This document shows positions 63,373 through 64,000 of a stretch of 64,000 nt of DNA, piece after piece. The stretch lies in NCBI GenBank assembly GCA_030141605.1, contig JAQGDQ010000014.1, forward strand, positions 1,054,001-1,118,000, in the 5' to 3' direction. The notes under the pieces were generated by a model that saw nothing but the letters and a program-made list of their open reading frames with translations, ran no database searches and had not been told where the DNA came from. The translations under genes and the position numbers were made by a program. The DNA comes from Tubiluchus corallicola. Taxonomy: Eukaryota > Animalia > Priapulida. How positions within the stretch are numbered: position 1 is the first letter of the stretch; every line of letters begins with the position of its first letter.

Positions 63373-64000
63373 TGGGCGTATGTCTAAATTAAATAATATG
63401 TTTGTTATAGCTATTGTTGATTATAAACTTCCTGGAAGTGTCTGCATATTATGTAAACGCACATAGTTATTTACTCCCTTTTTCCTCGTTAGTTTAACGT
63501 TTTTATTGAAATGTTTAATTTTTTAAGTAGTGATGCTTAAGTTAGTATATTTACAAAATTGCATACATGTACAGTTGTGCTGCTCAGAGCCTTTCGCTGT
63601 GCAAAGGCACCTGGAAAATGCAGTCTTGCAGTTTTCAAATGCTGAAATGCCTAAATATAAATGATTCATATTGGTAGCCTAATGAACTAATTAAAATTTA
63701 ACAAAGGGAGGAGGCTACATTTGCTTGCTAAAATTGAGAGGCAAGACCCAATCCACAATACCTTAACCTAGTGTAGAGTAGTTAACCTAAGCTAAGGCAT
63801 GTGGCCCGATTTGAAATGAAGGGACATTTATATCAGCCTACTAAAAATTAATAAATAATTCCGGCATGACTAAACAGAAAGTTTAAGATTTTAACTAATA
63901 ATGAAATGACCTCTACGAAAGACCTGTTCAGAGCTTTGCCACTTTCCCATATAAATCACCGAGTTCAGCTATTACAGTGTGCTAGGCTTTTATAACTTCA

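Overview
AT-rich, intron- and repeat-rich animal (probably invertebrate) nuclear DNA, not prokaryotic. Three genes are well supported. (1) RPS29, + strand, 3 coding exons (28704-31187), with a 5'-TOP tract. (2) The fused bifunctional glutamyl-prolyl-tRNA synthetase EPRS, - strand, 31 phase-consistent coding exons (58749 to 33222, 1504 aa by my hand assembly): GST-like domain, GluRS, 3 WHEP repeats, ProRS. (3) A CENP-L homologue with an intron-free CDS, + strand (62230-63270), head-to-head with EPRS. The first ~28 kb is mostly transposon debris: hAT-type MITEs with 8-bp TSDs, LINE remnants, mini/microsatellites and a telomere-like tract, plus a possible orphan minus-strand gene at 4.7-7.1 kb. 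Items most worth checking: a minimal type-I hammerhead ribozyme with the U3-A8 core variant in EPRS intron 1 and a degenerate sister copy, H/ACA snoRNA candidates in RPS29 introns, a minisatellite built from an EPRS splice donor, and the intronless uORF-preceded CENP-L. I did not find a clearly new multi-gene system. All calls are by eye; no searches were run.
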